This document shows positions 33,218-50,482 of a stretch of 64,000 bases of DNA, piece by piece. Position numbers and translations under genes: made by a program. Every line of letters begins with the position of its first letter. Positions within the stretch are counted from its first letter, which is position 1. Source of the DNA: Laetmonice hystrix (taxonomy: Eukaryota). The notes beneath the pieces were generated by a model. It was not told the DNA's origin and did not search any database. It saw nothing but the letters and a program-made list of their open reading frames with translations. The stretch spans positions 14,818,001 to 14,882,000 of the forward strand of contig OZ249442.1 in NCBI GenBank assembly GCA_965235115.1, in the 5' to 3' direction.

Positions 33218-35840
33218 ATGGCACGCAAATACACCATAGGCCTTCCATCCTTGGATAATCTAATGAATGTGATCGATGGGGCCAAATCTTACTTTGTAGG
33301 TCGATATTATAGGTTCTATTCGTGTCGTAACAGTTTGATGCTGAGCTCATCACAATGAGGATAATGGCTAACAAACAGAGTAATTTTTTACAGAGTAATT
33401 TTGGATTCTATTGATATTAATTATTGGTGTATATGTTTTCGTGCCGTTGAGATCGTGCGGGAAGCGTGTAAGCTGGAGTTGTTTGATGAAGTGGAGAAGT
33501 GTCCCAGGCCAGTGTCGGTCACCGCTCTGGCCAGCGTGAAGGGCTGGGAGACGGACGCTCTGCGCCGTCTTATGGACAGTGTGGTCAGCCTCAAACTGCT
33601 CGCCAAGTCCATCGACGGCCAGACAGGGCAAGGTACGGGCCCATGCGCGCGGCAACTCGCATTCCCGCCAAACGTTCATTCTGGGTGCATGTTAATTACA
33701 GACGACCTGTATACATGTAGGCCTACATGTTAAAATTGGACATTGGAGATAAACATCAAAGGCAACGCCTCTTATGTTATATCCCCATGCCAGAACTCGA
33801 TTACAAGTAGGGATAGGCCTACGCCTATAACAGTTAGGGTATAGGCATAGATCTACGTCCTTTTAGCCTAAAGTCTATCAGATATAGGGATTCATACTTA
33901 TACTTATATACGTACTTTACTTTTTTCAGCATTGTTGTATTATAAGGGCCATCGTAGACCTATAGGCACCTCTAAAATAGGCACTAGACATGCATCTATA
34001 GGGAGTCTATAAGCTATCCTTGATTAACCTATGTCAGCACCAACGCGTCTAGTTAGCTTATCCGTTTTTTGACCGCTCAGATGTCTATGAGAACACGGAC
34101 GGTGGACGTCTGCTGATTGCGCATGGCGAACCCAACATCTTCGAGTACGCCGTCATGGCCAAGGATGATCTCGACTCTATCGGGAATTTGGCCGATATAA
34201 TAAAGAAAGGTAATACCCCCTGTAGAGTATACAGCTTTATGTTTGAGCTACATACTAGGCCTACATGATAGGCCTATTGCCAGTACAGACATTACAGCCT
34301 TCAGCTTAGATGCCTATATTGTAGGCCTATTTTTAAAATTAAAGCTGCATTGTGTGGAATTAGTTCTGTTTCTTTTAGAAACGATTATAGGCCTATAAAG
34401 TATAATTTTGTCGGGTAGACTCTATCCCTGCTCCCCATCACGTAACGTTTGCATACCCCCTCTCCCCTAAAATTACCTTAGGGTCCTTAGGGGAAACCTG
34501 TTTAAATTTCTATGTCAGGCCCCCAGCCGGAACCACCAGCAGAAGGCGGGTCATCGTCTGGGTATGAAGGCGATATGCCGCGGGAGTTTATGATAAAAAT
34601 GCACCGTATGTTGGAGGGGACGGCTCGACCGTACGCCGACAAAATCGTCACCGCCATTGACCTCAGCCGACACAAGTCGGCTGTCGACCTCGGAGGTAGG
34701 CCATGTCCTGAGCAGAAAGAGCCACGAGGCCCTGTGAAAAATGCATGTGCCTTTTAAGTTGAGTGCCCCACGTATAGAGTCTGCCTCATTATATAAAAGA
34801 GTTTGGCTGTGTGTAGACTTCCATAATAGCGTTGATCAGCTGAGGCAAAAACTACTAAAGATAGTAGGTACAAAGTAGGGCAAACAACAGGCCTACGGGT
34901 GAGTAAATGGCTGTTTATTTGTTTTTTTTAGGAGGCACCGGTGTTTATAGTCTCGCTTTGTTAAAGGCTTATCCTGACATGAAGGTGACATTATTCGAAA
35001 TGCCCAACGCGATACCATATGTGAAGGAGTTTTACATACCGGATGGTACCGATCCCAGAATAACATTAGTTGGAGGTAATATACATTTGCTCTATGTTTC
35101 TTATGAATCTGACATTAAAGAACTCAGATATAATTTATATTTGAGCAATCGAATGTAAGCTCATACGTAAACTCTCGATTGGTTCCGAGTAAGTGTAATC
35201 TGGGGGTTTGGACAGAAATTTCATGAAATAACAAATCTAAGTCAAAACGCATCTTTTGTTGTTTTAAATTAACCTAGGTGATTTCATGAAGGACCCGATT
35301 CCGAGGTCAGATCTCTTTTTTGTCAGCAATGTGCTCCACGGATTTGAACCCGAGCAATGTCGTGAAGTACTTCGTCTTTTACACGCAAGCCTAAACAAAG
35401 GTAGGTAGAACCAGTCTAAACAAAGTCACCAACAAAACAAACAATTATTCCTGGCATAATAATTCATACTATAGGCCAAGGCTATGCATGTGTTGGTCTT
35501 ATTGAGGCTTATACTGTAGTAATGATAAACTTACGCACACGTGAGCCCTTACCAGTAATATCACCACCGACTTGATTATAGATCAATTCCCCTCATGTAG
35601 TTCATTTGTTCACCCCCAGGAGGAGCTGTGTTGCTGGTTGAACAACTTCTAAACGACAGAAAGGATGGCCCCACCTTCATTCATGGATGGGACCTGGCCT
35701 TCTTTGCCTATGGCGGAGGCCGCATGTATAGTGGGAACGAGTACTCCGCTATGCTCACTGACACAGGGTTTGGAGAGGTGCAGATTGTGGGTGTACACGA
35801 AACCTGGGCCTGCGGCATAGTGTACGCTGTAAAAAAATAA
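33218..35840 (+). CDS. ASMT/HIOMT-like class II SAM-dependent O-methyltransferase (dimerisation + Methyltransf_2 domains), 350 aa
   Basis: Exons 33218-33295, 33452-33632 (needs a GAG acceptor), 34081-34209, 34519-34695, 34932-35075, 35278-35400, 35620-35840 total 1053 nt; SAM motifs VDLGGGTG, LFEMP, GDFMKDPIP. Orthology to ASMT itself is not established. Confidence 0.88.
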
Positions 35841-37129
35841 AAGGACAGAGGACGTTGATTCGGACGTTATTACACATCTGAAGGAACGCCTAGCAAGGGC
35901 ATGGTGACACCCATCTTAAACGGGAAGTGATGGGAGGGGACAAGATGAAGCCTTATGTGTAGTGTCAATTGAATAAAAGAATTATGGGCTATGATATAAA
36001 GCAGGAATGATCATGTGCCATAATCTGAATAAAAGCCGCTTATCTTCTATGCTCTGTTAGTTAGTGTAGGCACTGCTGAGTGTTGGGAAAACTTGGAACA
36101 ACCGCATATCGCCATAGGTCTCTTTGTAAAGGTATAGCACGTATATGAGAAAATAAGTCAACTTTGACCCCATGATGAAACTCTCCTATGTATCTAAAAA
36201 AGTCGCATAGTGTAATGCGATGTCCTATATAAGGGTCGCAACTACACAGTACAATGTATTGGGAACTTTATATCATCAGCTGTCCCAAGCAAGTCTGGTA
36301 AACTTGTCTTTTTAAGCAGGCTACCTACATGTTTTATTAATACTCGTGGTGGATGGGGAGGGGGGAGTGCGCCGATCTCGGAACAAAGGTACACCTGGCC
36401 AGTCTTTGGTAATTCTATTTGAAAACTCGAGAGATTTGTGCCTTATCCTCAACAGAACCATATGACAGAGCTCAGCCATCTCTAGCTTCCTAAACTTAAA
36501 AGAAATCACAGCATGAAGCCGATAACTGTCCATATTCGGACAAGTGTAATTTATCGACAAACACAAGAGCGCCTTGTCTACATTTATGGACATTTATTTC
36601 TACATGTTCTACCGTCACTGTATACATGATGTCACTGAGAAACAACCCGTTGCTTTCTATATTCAAGAGTTGACCATGTCATATACATAGCAGCCCAGTG
36701 CCTACCCAAGTACTTACATCCTAAATTTTGCAGTATGGGAACCTTCCAGACAAGGAACATTTGCTTGGACGTTTACCGGTATATACGTTTGTATACTGTA
36801 TGTCATTGGGTTTTGTTACAGCAAATAAACCTGATTATCTCATTTTAGCTTTGGTTTTTGTCCCAACAATTTAAGGATTATCAAAATCTCATTGGTTTAT
36901 CGTTGCTCCAGGAAGCATTATGTCAATTTGAAACTGGAAAGCTTTGGATCAGCTTTATCTTTAAATTTAAGGAGTTGCACAAAAACCATATAACATATCA
37001 AGGATGTTAGTAGAATATTTATGTACATGTACATAATGATTTACATTACAATCTGCTTGTAGATTGATACCCAGTATGTTTTTCACATGCAAATTGTCAA
37101 TGTCAATGTGAAAACATGTTCTCTTATTG

Positions 37130-40552
<3,423 letters not shown>

Positions 40553-41077
40553 GTGAGCGATAATAAAGGATAATATCGGTACAGTGCCTGCCTGTAGTGT
40601 AGGTAGCATCAGCTTTGTTTAAGTACTTTTCAGCCGAATCTATATCAGCCAAAAAGATTTTTTTTCAGACTCAGAGCGAGAGCAGAGGTCTTATAAAACC
40701 TCACTAATAGTAATACTATTTTATTTGACCAGCAGAGAAGCTATCATCCATGATAATCTTGGTGACACATGACCAAACTTCTGCTGCTGTGGCCTGTGGC
40801 TGTGCTGCCTGCTGGTCAAATACTGAAATAGCCTCTGCCTTTAAACAAAACGACAGGGATCTTCACGATTAAACATCTGCAATCGTCGCAATCCCTGTTG
40901 TCATGACCTTACAATGAGTTAGCTGGAGTTGTAAACCTTTGCATACTGCCAAGATAACCCCCTGAGGCCTGACTGAACAATTGGGTTGAGTTGCGATATG
41001 TTGAGTACCGGTACTTGAGATCTTTGGTGTGCGGTAAAACAACGTGTCATAGACAAAGTGTGGCTCATCTGTTCCAG

Positions 41078-44000
41078 GATCCTGGTATAATAGCTCGGCA
41101 CAGGCTGCATGCTACAGTGTTCTGTCAGTGTTTTTCCCCATGTGGGCGATACCTTGCTACAGCCGATAACTATGGATACATAGCCCTCTTCAGGTATGTA
41201 TTGCGACTTTAGTCTAGTTTAGGTTTAAACAAGTATTTCTTTTTTCCCATGTGCATTTTGCCATAATGTTGTTTATGCCCTTGACTTTGGGTCAACACTT
41301 TAAGCAAATCAGCATGCCAGTTTTGTTCAGTGCATTGCAAATTTCAGACTTTGATGAGTCACCAAATATCTATCTGATGTTGACCAAATAAGTCTCCTTA
41401 CATCTTGCAATAGTTTTGAAAAAATATTGCTGAAAATTAATTGCTAACATGTTCCAGGACCCAAACTCAAGCAGGACATAATATCTGTATTTTAGCTATT
41501 CATTTAAAAAATAACAGAATAGCATTCACATAGCTATGTTTAGTCTGTTATGATGTTGATTTATTTTACTGGAATATAAAAGTTAGCAACAGTGCTTACA
41601 AAAGTTATCTTTTATTGGTTCTTTTTGTTTAGTCTTCAGGCAGTGCTTGGGGCAGATGCAGATGAGAAAACATGGAAACCATTCTTCAGGTTCAAAGGTG
41701 AACTTCTCATTCATGCAGTTATCCTCATTTATCAATTCAATTTGATATTGCATCGGTGACTGATATCTGCTGCCTATATTGTAAATTGTGAATTTTTGGA
41801 TCATGTTTATTTTCCCATCAATGAAGGAATATGACTTTCTCATTTATGCATTTTTTTACACATATTATTATAGAGAAAAGAGTCATCCTTAAAACCTGCT
41901 TTTTTAACTGATGGTGTGACATGTACCAGGGGGTATCTGTTGAAGTTTGATTTCTTATGTGCAGTTATCTTAACTACCTCATGGATGACAGCATGTTTTT
42001 CAGATTCCCTGTATGTTTCAAAATCATTCTTGTCTTGTCTTCATACTAGCTCATGAAGGACCGATCTACAGTTTGGTTTCAACTGAGAGACAACTTATAA
42101 GGTAAGTGGCTTGAAATCAAATGACTGTGTATGTGTCAGACTCCCCTGAAAATCAATCATCTGTATATCGGCTATGTTCGGAATTGATGTAAGAAAAACC
42201 AACGTTCAAAAAGAGATGTGCTCTGATTGTACAATTTTGACCACATCATGACAAATGCTTTGGGACAGGTTCTCTTGTGACAGGTGCTGGAAAAATTCCT
42301 TGAAAGTCCTTGAATTTGATTTTTGAAGGCCTGTCAAGTCACAGTACCATTCTATTTTTGATGCGTAAATATGCTTTTATCGATAATTTCTTTCAGTGCT
42401 GGCACAGGTGACATCCATGCATGGAACTGGACTGACATCACTACAAAGGTATGGCTCAGGGAAAATTTTAGTGGCACTTTTTTTTCAAACAAGTAGCTAT
42501 TTATTGATTTTTTTATGGTGGAAACCACTTACTTTAGAATCATTTAGGGCCAAGAATGAGTCTTGTGTTATTTTTGATGCTAAATCCGGACATGTGAATT
42601 GCTCATTGCAGGCACCGAGGACTGTGTGGTCACTTCCAATTCCTTCAGAGTGAGTGCTCGTATGTTTATGACTACCGGTATATGAGGAAAGGGAATGCTC
42701 ATAAGTTTATTTAGTATGCATAACTCTAGGTGCTAATTCACAATCTAATGTTGTATTTTGAAGGTCCAACATGGGATTCTTTCTTGAGTTATAGTTTCAG
42801 GCTTTCTGTATTTTATACATTCAGCATGGTATTTTCTTAGATTTCCATTAGTCTGAATTTCTCTTTGCAGAAGTAAATTTGACCAGCCAGAAACCAACTC
42901 TGTTGTCTTAAGCCAAAAGGTACACAACATGTTAAATATTATTCAAGTTCACTGATGCAAGTAAAATCTGTTAGAAAGAAAGTTTAAATTTAAATTTGAG
43001 AAAGGAGATTGTCCAACAAGCTTTAAAATGTTAAAACAACTGTGTTCAGCTCTGATATTAACCCAAAAGACTATTACAAATACGTGTACAATAGTTCACT
43101 ATGTCTTTAATTCTGTCGCGTTTTGTTTACACAGTTCTAAATATATCCATTTGTTTATACAGGGTGGGAAAAACCAGCTGTTTGCTGGTTGTGGAGACAA
43201 CAATGTTTACATATGGGACATGGATGTTGGGCAATTAACAGTAAGTATGGGAATAATTCCCAGAGATTATGAAAACCATCTAATTGGTAATGCCTGCCAC
43301 ATTATTTTCCACTAAAATGATGGAATATGAGGTCAATCTGTCATCTTTCCCACAAAGCTAAGTTGAGCCGAATGAATTGACAAAATGATAGATACAATGA
43401 ATATTTTGTTTCCTTTCAGGCTACATTGAAGGGCCATAGTAATTATATACACCAGGTGGCGTTACGCCCTAATGGAACAGACTGTGTGACAGCCTCAGAA
43501 GATGGCACCGTCAGAGTGTGGGGTGAGTCTACCCTGAAACATACCCAAGCTGTCGCACAATAATGTAATTTTTATCGTTTCAGGATATTGTATCAAGAAT
43601 CGATCCTGTGTTAATTGAAGTAAAATGTAAAAAATGAATTAACACTAGTTTCAGGGTTGAATTGTAATGGAAAAGTAATAATTTGCATCTATAAGGCTCC
43701 TAGTACAGAATGTGGAAACAGTCGCTAAGTGTTTATTTACTGCATCAACAATTGTCCATGTACTCTACTTAGTTAAAAGCATTATTAATTGCCTTGTAAT
43801 CCTAGTTTTAAGTTTTTATGCACACCTATTTCAGATACGCGACTTTCGTGTGAAGTGCACAGAATAGAGCCAGCCAGCAATGAGGTGAGTGGATCACACA
43901 GGACTGATAAAAGTTACGCAAGTTTTATTGTTCAGTATACATGTACTTTATGGGCGACTATTTAGATGGTGTATGGTTCATGGAACCTTGGGTCCAATTT

Positions 44001-45201
44001 GAATGGTTTGTGTGTCAGCCTATGGATTAGGTTAGTAAACATTCAGTTGTTTGTATGCCATGTCCAGGATCTTCCTTGTATGAAAAAAATTGAGCTTATT
44101 CCTATTTTTCTAGCTGTGCGTCAGGCCACAATATGGTAAATGGATTGGCTGTGTAGCAGTTGATGCGATGGATGACTGGATGGTATGTAAAGCTTCTTTC
44201 TTGGCCATATTGTGAAAAGATACATGTGTATTGTTTATTTCATGCTCATGGTGAGTCAGAATAATGAAGAAATCAGGGTGTGTAAAAAAAATTCTAAATA
44301 GGGCATCAAACGGCTATACTTTGGATTCTCATGCCCGATGCCTTCTTGATAAAAATCTTGATGTATGACAGTAGTCTGAAGGTTAACTGTTCTCTGTTGT
44401 CTCTGCAGGTGTGTGGGGGAGGCCCAAAATTATCGCTGTGGCATATGAGATCTCTGACTTGTACATCAGTGTTTGATGCCCCAAAGGTTTGCCACCAACA
44501 TGTCATGTTCTATGAGGATGAGGTAAGAAACACTTTCATTAGTTCACTCAGAGTAAAAAAGATTTTCATGAATAATTGAATTTGTGTCAGACCATGTCAC
44601 AGGACCATGGCATACAAAACAAAACCAAGAAAACATAGGTTGATATCAATCCACGTGAGTTTTTTTAATTAAGCTGCTAAGGAGTAGGGAAACCCCAATC
44701 ATATGGCATAAGACACAGAAGAACCCCTGTATAGGAAAAGTCCTGAAATTTAGTGACTCTTCAGTATGAACCTTGTGTGAACAGTAATGTGTGGGACATT
44801 TGTGACCTCAGACATCTGGAATAAAGCAACACTTGTGATGTCCATTGCCAGGTCATCTCCGGAGGCACTCGGCCTTACGTCTACCACTGGGCTATCAATG
44901 GTGATCCCAAACTACAGGTGCCTTGTACTCCAACCAGTGTCTTCAGTGTTGTCATAAACACTCATTCAGACAACACTAAGGTAGAGTTAATGTCTTTCAT
45001 TCTTTCATTTATGTAGAGACGTGATGTCAGTAGTGGTATATAATGGCATACAAATAAACTTCACAATAAAAGTTGGAGGACGATATTTAACATGTTTTTC
45101 TAATGTTGCTTTTTCAGGTGCTAAGCGTGGCAGGTAACAGCCACAAGATTGATGTGTGCACGAACTTTGGATACAAGGCTTTCTCAATGGCAGTGATATG
45201 A
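41078..45201 (+). CDS. THOC6: THO complex subunit 6 (WD40); first coding exon uncertain
   Basis: Exons 41078-41193, 41633-41697, 42050-42101, 42397-42448, 42612-42649, 42871-42919, 43163-43240, 43420-43522, 43835-43884, 44114-44182, 44409-44522, 44852-44980, 45118-45201 total 999 nt in one frame; RLHATVFCQCFSPCGRYLA, AHEGPIYSLVST, GKWIGCVA..DWMVCGGGPKLSLWH, TNFGYKAFS match recalled THOC6. Confidence 0.94.
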
Positions 45202-48200
45202 CTTAATGATTTGAGAGCAATATCAGACCGTTTGTGAAGTCATTGGGGGGGGGGGCATTTTGTGGCTAGGGGGGAAATTCAGGGTCATACTAAGCACGGG
45301 GTAGGGAGAGAGGAAAGCTGCCAGGATTTCAGTAAAAAGTGCAAGCAGGTGCTGTTTTAGATTTACTGATAAGAATATGCTGTTAATGACAAGTGCCCCT
45401 TGGGACCTTGGGCTTGCACCTTGGGCTTGGCAATTCTTGGCACTATGGCCCTGGAATGTTGCCACATAATGGCTTCCTCATCTCCTCTGTTGTTTACCCC
45501 GTGACGTTCATGAATGTCAACAGATGAACTTCTTGAAATGGAAAAACAGCAAAAGCTGTGGTGTGATGGCATTCACATTTCAACATCTATCCACTGAATC
45601 TATCATATGAACGACTATGATAATACCGGTAGGCCTATAGAAAGATTAGAAGATGTTCTGTATAACACGTGAAGCAGTTTTGTTCATTCCAATCGAAATC
45701 ATAGCCAGACTGCTAAATAAAAATACATGAAACGACAGCATCTTTATCGCTCAAGTCTTTTGATTTAATTATTTCCTTTGACATTGAATGTTGGTGGCGC
45801 TTCAGCCTCTGGCCTGACGTCTCATGGCAGGGTTGCGGCGGGGGACCGCCGACCGGCTGGTGACGCCCCCTGGTGAAGAATTGGTTATCACAAACTTCCA
45901 CCAGGGGTCGCCGTTTGTATTTATCACTCCCGTGTTGTTCACATATTATCGCTCAATGACAGGTGGTGTTTATCGTGTAAACTCACTGTAAAGTAACTTG
46001 GAGACTGTACATGTCGGTAAGAAAATTTCTTTGAGTCTTTCAAGGTAACTTAAGTTAGTTTGTTCTTGATGAATTAATAGTCCAAGCCACCTTACACTAT
46101 CGTCATACTCAAACTAGTCAAAGTCAAACTCAAAAGTGACAAAACAAAGTCAATGAATCATAGTATTGAAATGATTAATTTGATAGCCTAGCCCTAGCCT
46201 AGGCTATACTATAGTATAGTAGTATAGTAATAGTGTATCGGTATATATGTTACGCCTAAGCCTAGGCTAAACTACGGTAAAAAAAATAATATGGACAGTT
46301 TGTAATAGTTCAAATCACAAATGAGTAATGTAATGTCTAATTGGGGTTAGTGTACTGACGTTTGTTCATGCCAGAGCAGAGCCAGAGGCCGCTGGTGGTG
46401 CTACTGTAACTGTATTTTGACCGTGTACTTGATGTAGGGAGGCTAGCACTATAGCCTACGTACTCTATAGCTCAGTAACACTGTGTATAAATATGATAAT
46501 TTGCATGGTGCCAGCATTTATGAATTAGCCCAGTGGCGGATCCAGGATATGTCAGGAAAGGGTGGTGGATAATTGGTGGTCGCCGAAGGCAGCCCATTTT
46601 GGAGGGTCTGGGGGTCCCCATTAATTTTTTCTTTAGGAACGGAAATAGGAAGGGCAGGTGTCCCCCCCCCCCCCCACCCCTGAATCTTCCAATGTTGCCT
46701 TTGCCAAAGTTAATTTGTTGCTGCACCAGGACATAAATGAGTAAAATTACAAAAAAAAAAAAAAAAAGAATACCGGTATGACATGAAGATTTAATTTACC
46801 ATAACATAATGGTTTTGCATGGTGTATGTCTTACATTTTTAATTACCTCGTACTTTTGTAGCCATGATTGTACTCACCTGTGCAAGATTTTTCATGAGGG
46901 GGTCGACGATGTGGCGGTCAAAACCAGACACCTCCCAGACACTCATCTGTATGGGGTACAGTATACTAAGTCTTACACCAGAGTATCCATCCCAGTAGTA
47001 CTGGGCGAGGTCTGTTACTTAGTTTGACATAATTGGCCCTTTCAGATATTTAAATTGTTATTATATTAATTAGGCATAGGTCAGGCCAAACCGTAGAGCC
47101 CTACCTACTCTGGTCAAATACAAATAAAGTGTCATTGGCAGTGTCAACTTTCAGTTCTACTTTGACAGTAGCAGAGCTGCTGTCCAGTTGCCATGCTGAT
47201 TGAGGCAGTGCAGAGGTCAGAGTCCTCCCCCTTGCTTCAGTGGCCTTATCACCTTGTACAAACACATCTTGAGGGCTGCTCAACAAGCCCAGAGTAGCCT
47301 GTTAGTGTGGATTGCAGTGGGCATGAAATTGCCATGGTGATAAAAGCCAGGCACTGCGTTTTCTGCTGTCATTCTCCATGACTTTTTGACCTTCAGTTGT
47401 CCAATGGTCATCAATGGCCCAAACCCAAAGGGGGAAAGATCAGTGGCAGCCTGAGGATGATGCACCTCAAGTAGATCTTAGATGTACACATATTTTGAGC
47501 AATAACTCGGACAAAAGGGTTTGGATTTTCAACCCAGGTGTAGATTAAGGCATATTAGAGGCATGATGTAGCAGGCCAGGGTGAATGGCTTCGTCTCTCC
47601 AGCTGTGTGCAGGGCTGAGGTGTGTGAGTAGTAGACTGAGGCGCCACAAACCTTGCCCTTGCTTGACAATGACAGACCTGTCACGGTTGGCTGGCTCCAC
47701 TGGCGACATTCTGTGAGGATCTGGGGGGGGGGGGGGTGTTGCACGCCACTGCTATTGGTGTCATCCTGTGCACTGACTAGCCTGACTCACAAACACGACC
47801 GCCACATGGTCGGACGACCCCCATACCTCCAGACCAACCCGTTCTCACAAAGAATGCTTTGTCTACGGCTGGAAGACATTCAAACTGTACGTACGTTCAG
47901 ACATATATTGACCATGTGGTAAAGACTTAGATTAAGCGTGTCAATAGCCAGACGTTTTACGGAAACAGGGACATTTCCTGAGGCCGAGAGAGCCGCACTT
48001 GACATGAAAGGTGAGATATTATCTGCCGTGTTTTAATTAAAGTCATGCCATGCACAATGAGGCCAGGTGTCTCCGGTACAAGTGAGGGCATTTCGCATGC
48101 ATGAGTCCAGGTTTATCGAAAGAGGTATCTTTTTTTGTGAGCAGATTATAGTTATGTAAATGGTGACGACGGCTACGGTCGGTAGGCCTACATATAATAT

Positions 48201-49869
48201 TCCTCAGCTGCCAGCATAAATATCAAGAATGAAAGAAGGTTGCCATGGATGTGTGAAGCTGAAAATTTTATGTGACAAACCGAAATTGAAAGTGGCAAAC
48301 CCGGTAATTATGGCTTTAAGGGCTAAAAGTTCAACTATTTGCAAAAAAAAGGCACCTCTTCAAGGAAGTTATTTGGGGGGGGGGGGGTCAACTGCCCCCA
48401 TCCACCTATTATTTAGATAGGGAATGGTACACGATATTAGTGAAGGGGTGACTATTTATAATTTTCAAAATATGTGATGGTACCTTTGATCAGAATGTGC
48501 CTGAAAAAAATATAGGGCCTAGAACTTGACCACATTTTTGGAAGTGCATGTAGTATGTTAAAATAAAAATATATTTGATGGTTTTTGTGTGCTTTGCGGT
48601 CCTTTGTTCCCCTGTTTCTGGTAGGACAGTTGGAGCGTCATGCAACCAACCATCACCTGGCCATCTTGACCTGGCTTTAGTGAGTGATTGAGTGCGCTAT
48701 TAAATGTTGAATACCACGAATGGTACTCTTCAAGAGTTTGAGATGTGGTATTTATGCCACACAACCATATTGCAATTAATCTATGTCTCCCCGATGACAT
48801 TTCTGGGAGGGGGGGGGCAATATATAGTTCCAACAGTGAAAGGATGTGGATCTAAGGCTGCTACTAAACCAATGCCAATAATATATGGGCAGGATTGCTT
48901 GTATATTTAATTTGACTAAGTTTGAGGAACATGCCGGAAAATGGTTTCTAGCTACAGCAGGAATCACCAGTGCTGTGCCCCATAATTCTAGATCAAAATC
49001 TCTCTCATGGTATACGATCTTGGGTACAAAGCGTATGCCTATGAACACCTGGGTGCTGAAAAGTTGGTCTGCAATGACTAGCATGTTGACCTTGGACAGA
49101 AATTGCTGATGCGGGTTAGAGCAGTATACAACGATGTAGGCCGCTATCAAAAACGTACTTTACAAATGACGGAAATCTATGGGACAACCCGGCGGCATTC
49201 TCTTGAGGCCATCTCGCCTACCTTCTGGGGACTCCTGCTGAGCAGCCCCAGATTCATTTCACCTATTATATAGGAATTCACTGAGTCGGGACTATTTCTG
49301 AGAGAGCAACCCGCCCGGGATATGTTCCCAGTCCGGGGATTTGGATGGGACTTTACTGGGATTGACGTCAGTGAGACGAGAGATCTCAGCACCGGGTGTT
49401 GACGAAGATCTCCCCGGCCCTTGTTCAATTTGACCGTGAAATTGTGTGTAATGCTAGAGCAGTTTATAGTCAATGTATTAATAGGACAGATAGAAATACC
49501 AGTGCTTTGACCGAATAGCCACGTTACATTTTGTTCCACTGAGTGATGCCACGTCCCGTATGGTGTACACAGTGCACTGCCGCTTATAGATGTTTGTGTT
49601 GATTTAAGATCCGAATGCTCGGAGAAAAACTAATATAAAGGTTTCAGGTATTTTCTTTTCGTCAGTATAAAAAACCCCAGTTTGTATAAGGCTTTCAAAG
49701 GTAAAAACGTGTGTCAGTGACAGTGTGCGTAAGGATGGTAGTTGGCATGAGGGCTGAGGCACTGTGTAGGGACGGACACAAGGTGTACAAACGTGTGAAA
49801 ATGACGTAGGCCTACATGTCGCATGATATTGGTTGGCATGTCACTTTGGCAGAGAGTCTTCCGTGATAA

Positions 49870-50066
49870 CATTGGCACAAAATTGGGGTTAGGGATAGGG
49901 GCAGGCCCAGGGCCAGGGGCAGGGCCAGGGGCAGGGGCAGGGGCAGAGATAAGATTTTTTGACAGATCTAGTAACCGGGAGAAGGGGGATTAAATTAACG
50001 GTAGGTTTTGGGCCAGCAGCAATAGTGATCGAGTTTTAGTTTGGAATTGTAGTCCTAAATTTCGTG
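49870..50066 (+). repeat. Diverged relative of the 31086 family with a (GGGGCA)n tract
   Basis: GGGGTTAGGGATAGGGGCA... array ending in AAATTTCGTGGAG, as in the 31 kb copy. Confidence 0.45.
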
Positions 50067-50482
50067 GAGATATGTACTCGGAGTACATGTGATGGGTGGA
50101 GGTTTCGGCGTGGTCATTATGTTTTTACTCACCTTAGTTTGGGAAAGTACGGGACTGCTCAACCAGCCCCCAAAATAAAACTCGAACTGATTTCTACATG
50201 CCTATATCATTAGAACAAAATGGGGATACAACCACTGGATACAACTACTAGGAAACCAGCAATAAAGTAAAATTAGACTTGGCTGCCTTCAACTCTGCAA
50301 CTCATAGGGGTTGTGTAATCTGATGGTGATATCCCATTCTACCTTGCTTTTGGTGAACGTTTCAGGTGTGACAATTTTGGAGTCCCTTGCACGAACCTTT
50401 TACAATCGGGAAGCATTTAATGCATTTTTGACATGGAACCTTTTTGGTATATTGCAGAAGCTGATCTGATGTTACCATAGCA

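Noticed and set aside
36321-36593. 90-aa minus-strand ORF downstream of DPM1
   Set aside because: DPM1 already terminates with its conserved C-terminus (LFATT-stop); no homology recognised.
47210-47460. Plus-strand peptide SPPPCFSGLITLYKHILRAAQQAQ.. faintly like the LPP...HI.RA.YQ..W motif of Academ-type transposases; also CSGH as a hAT CxxH motif
   Set aside because: Interrupted by stops, too weak without an HMM search, and no TIRs found.
48558-49539. Minus-strand ORFs of 91-124 aa upstream of the Kelch gene
   Set aside because: No recognisable domain, non-ATG or weak starts, and no consistent exon chain; more likely promoter or non-coding sequence.
50043-50053. ACTACAATTCC (ZNF143/THAP11-type promoter motif) on the minus strand
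   Set aside because: Lies inside a repeat-family copy and is a single imperfect match; not supportable as functional.
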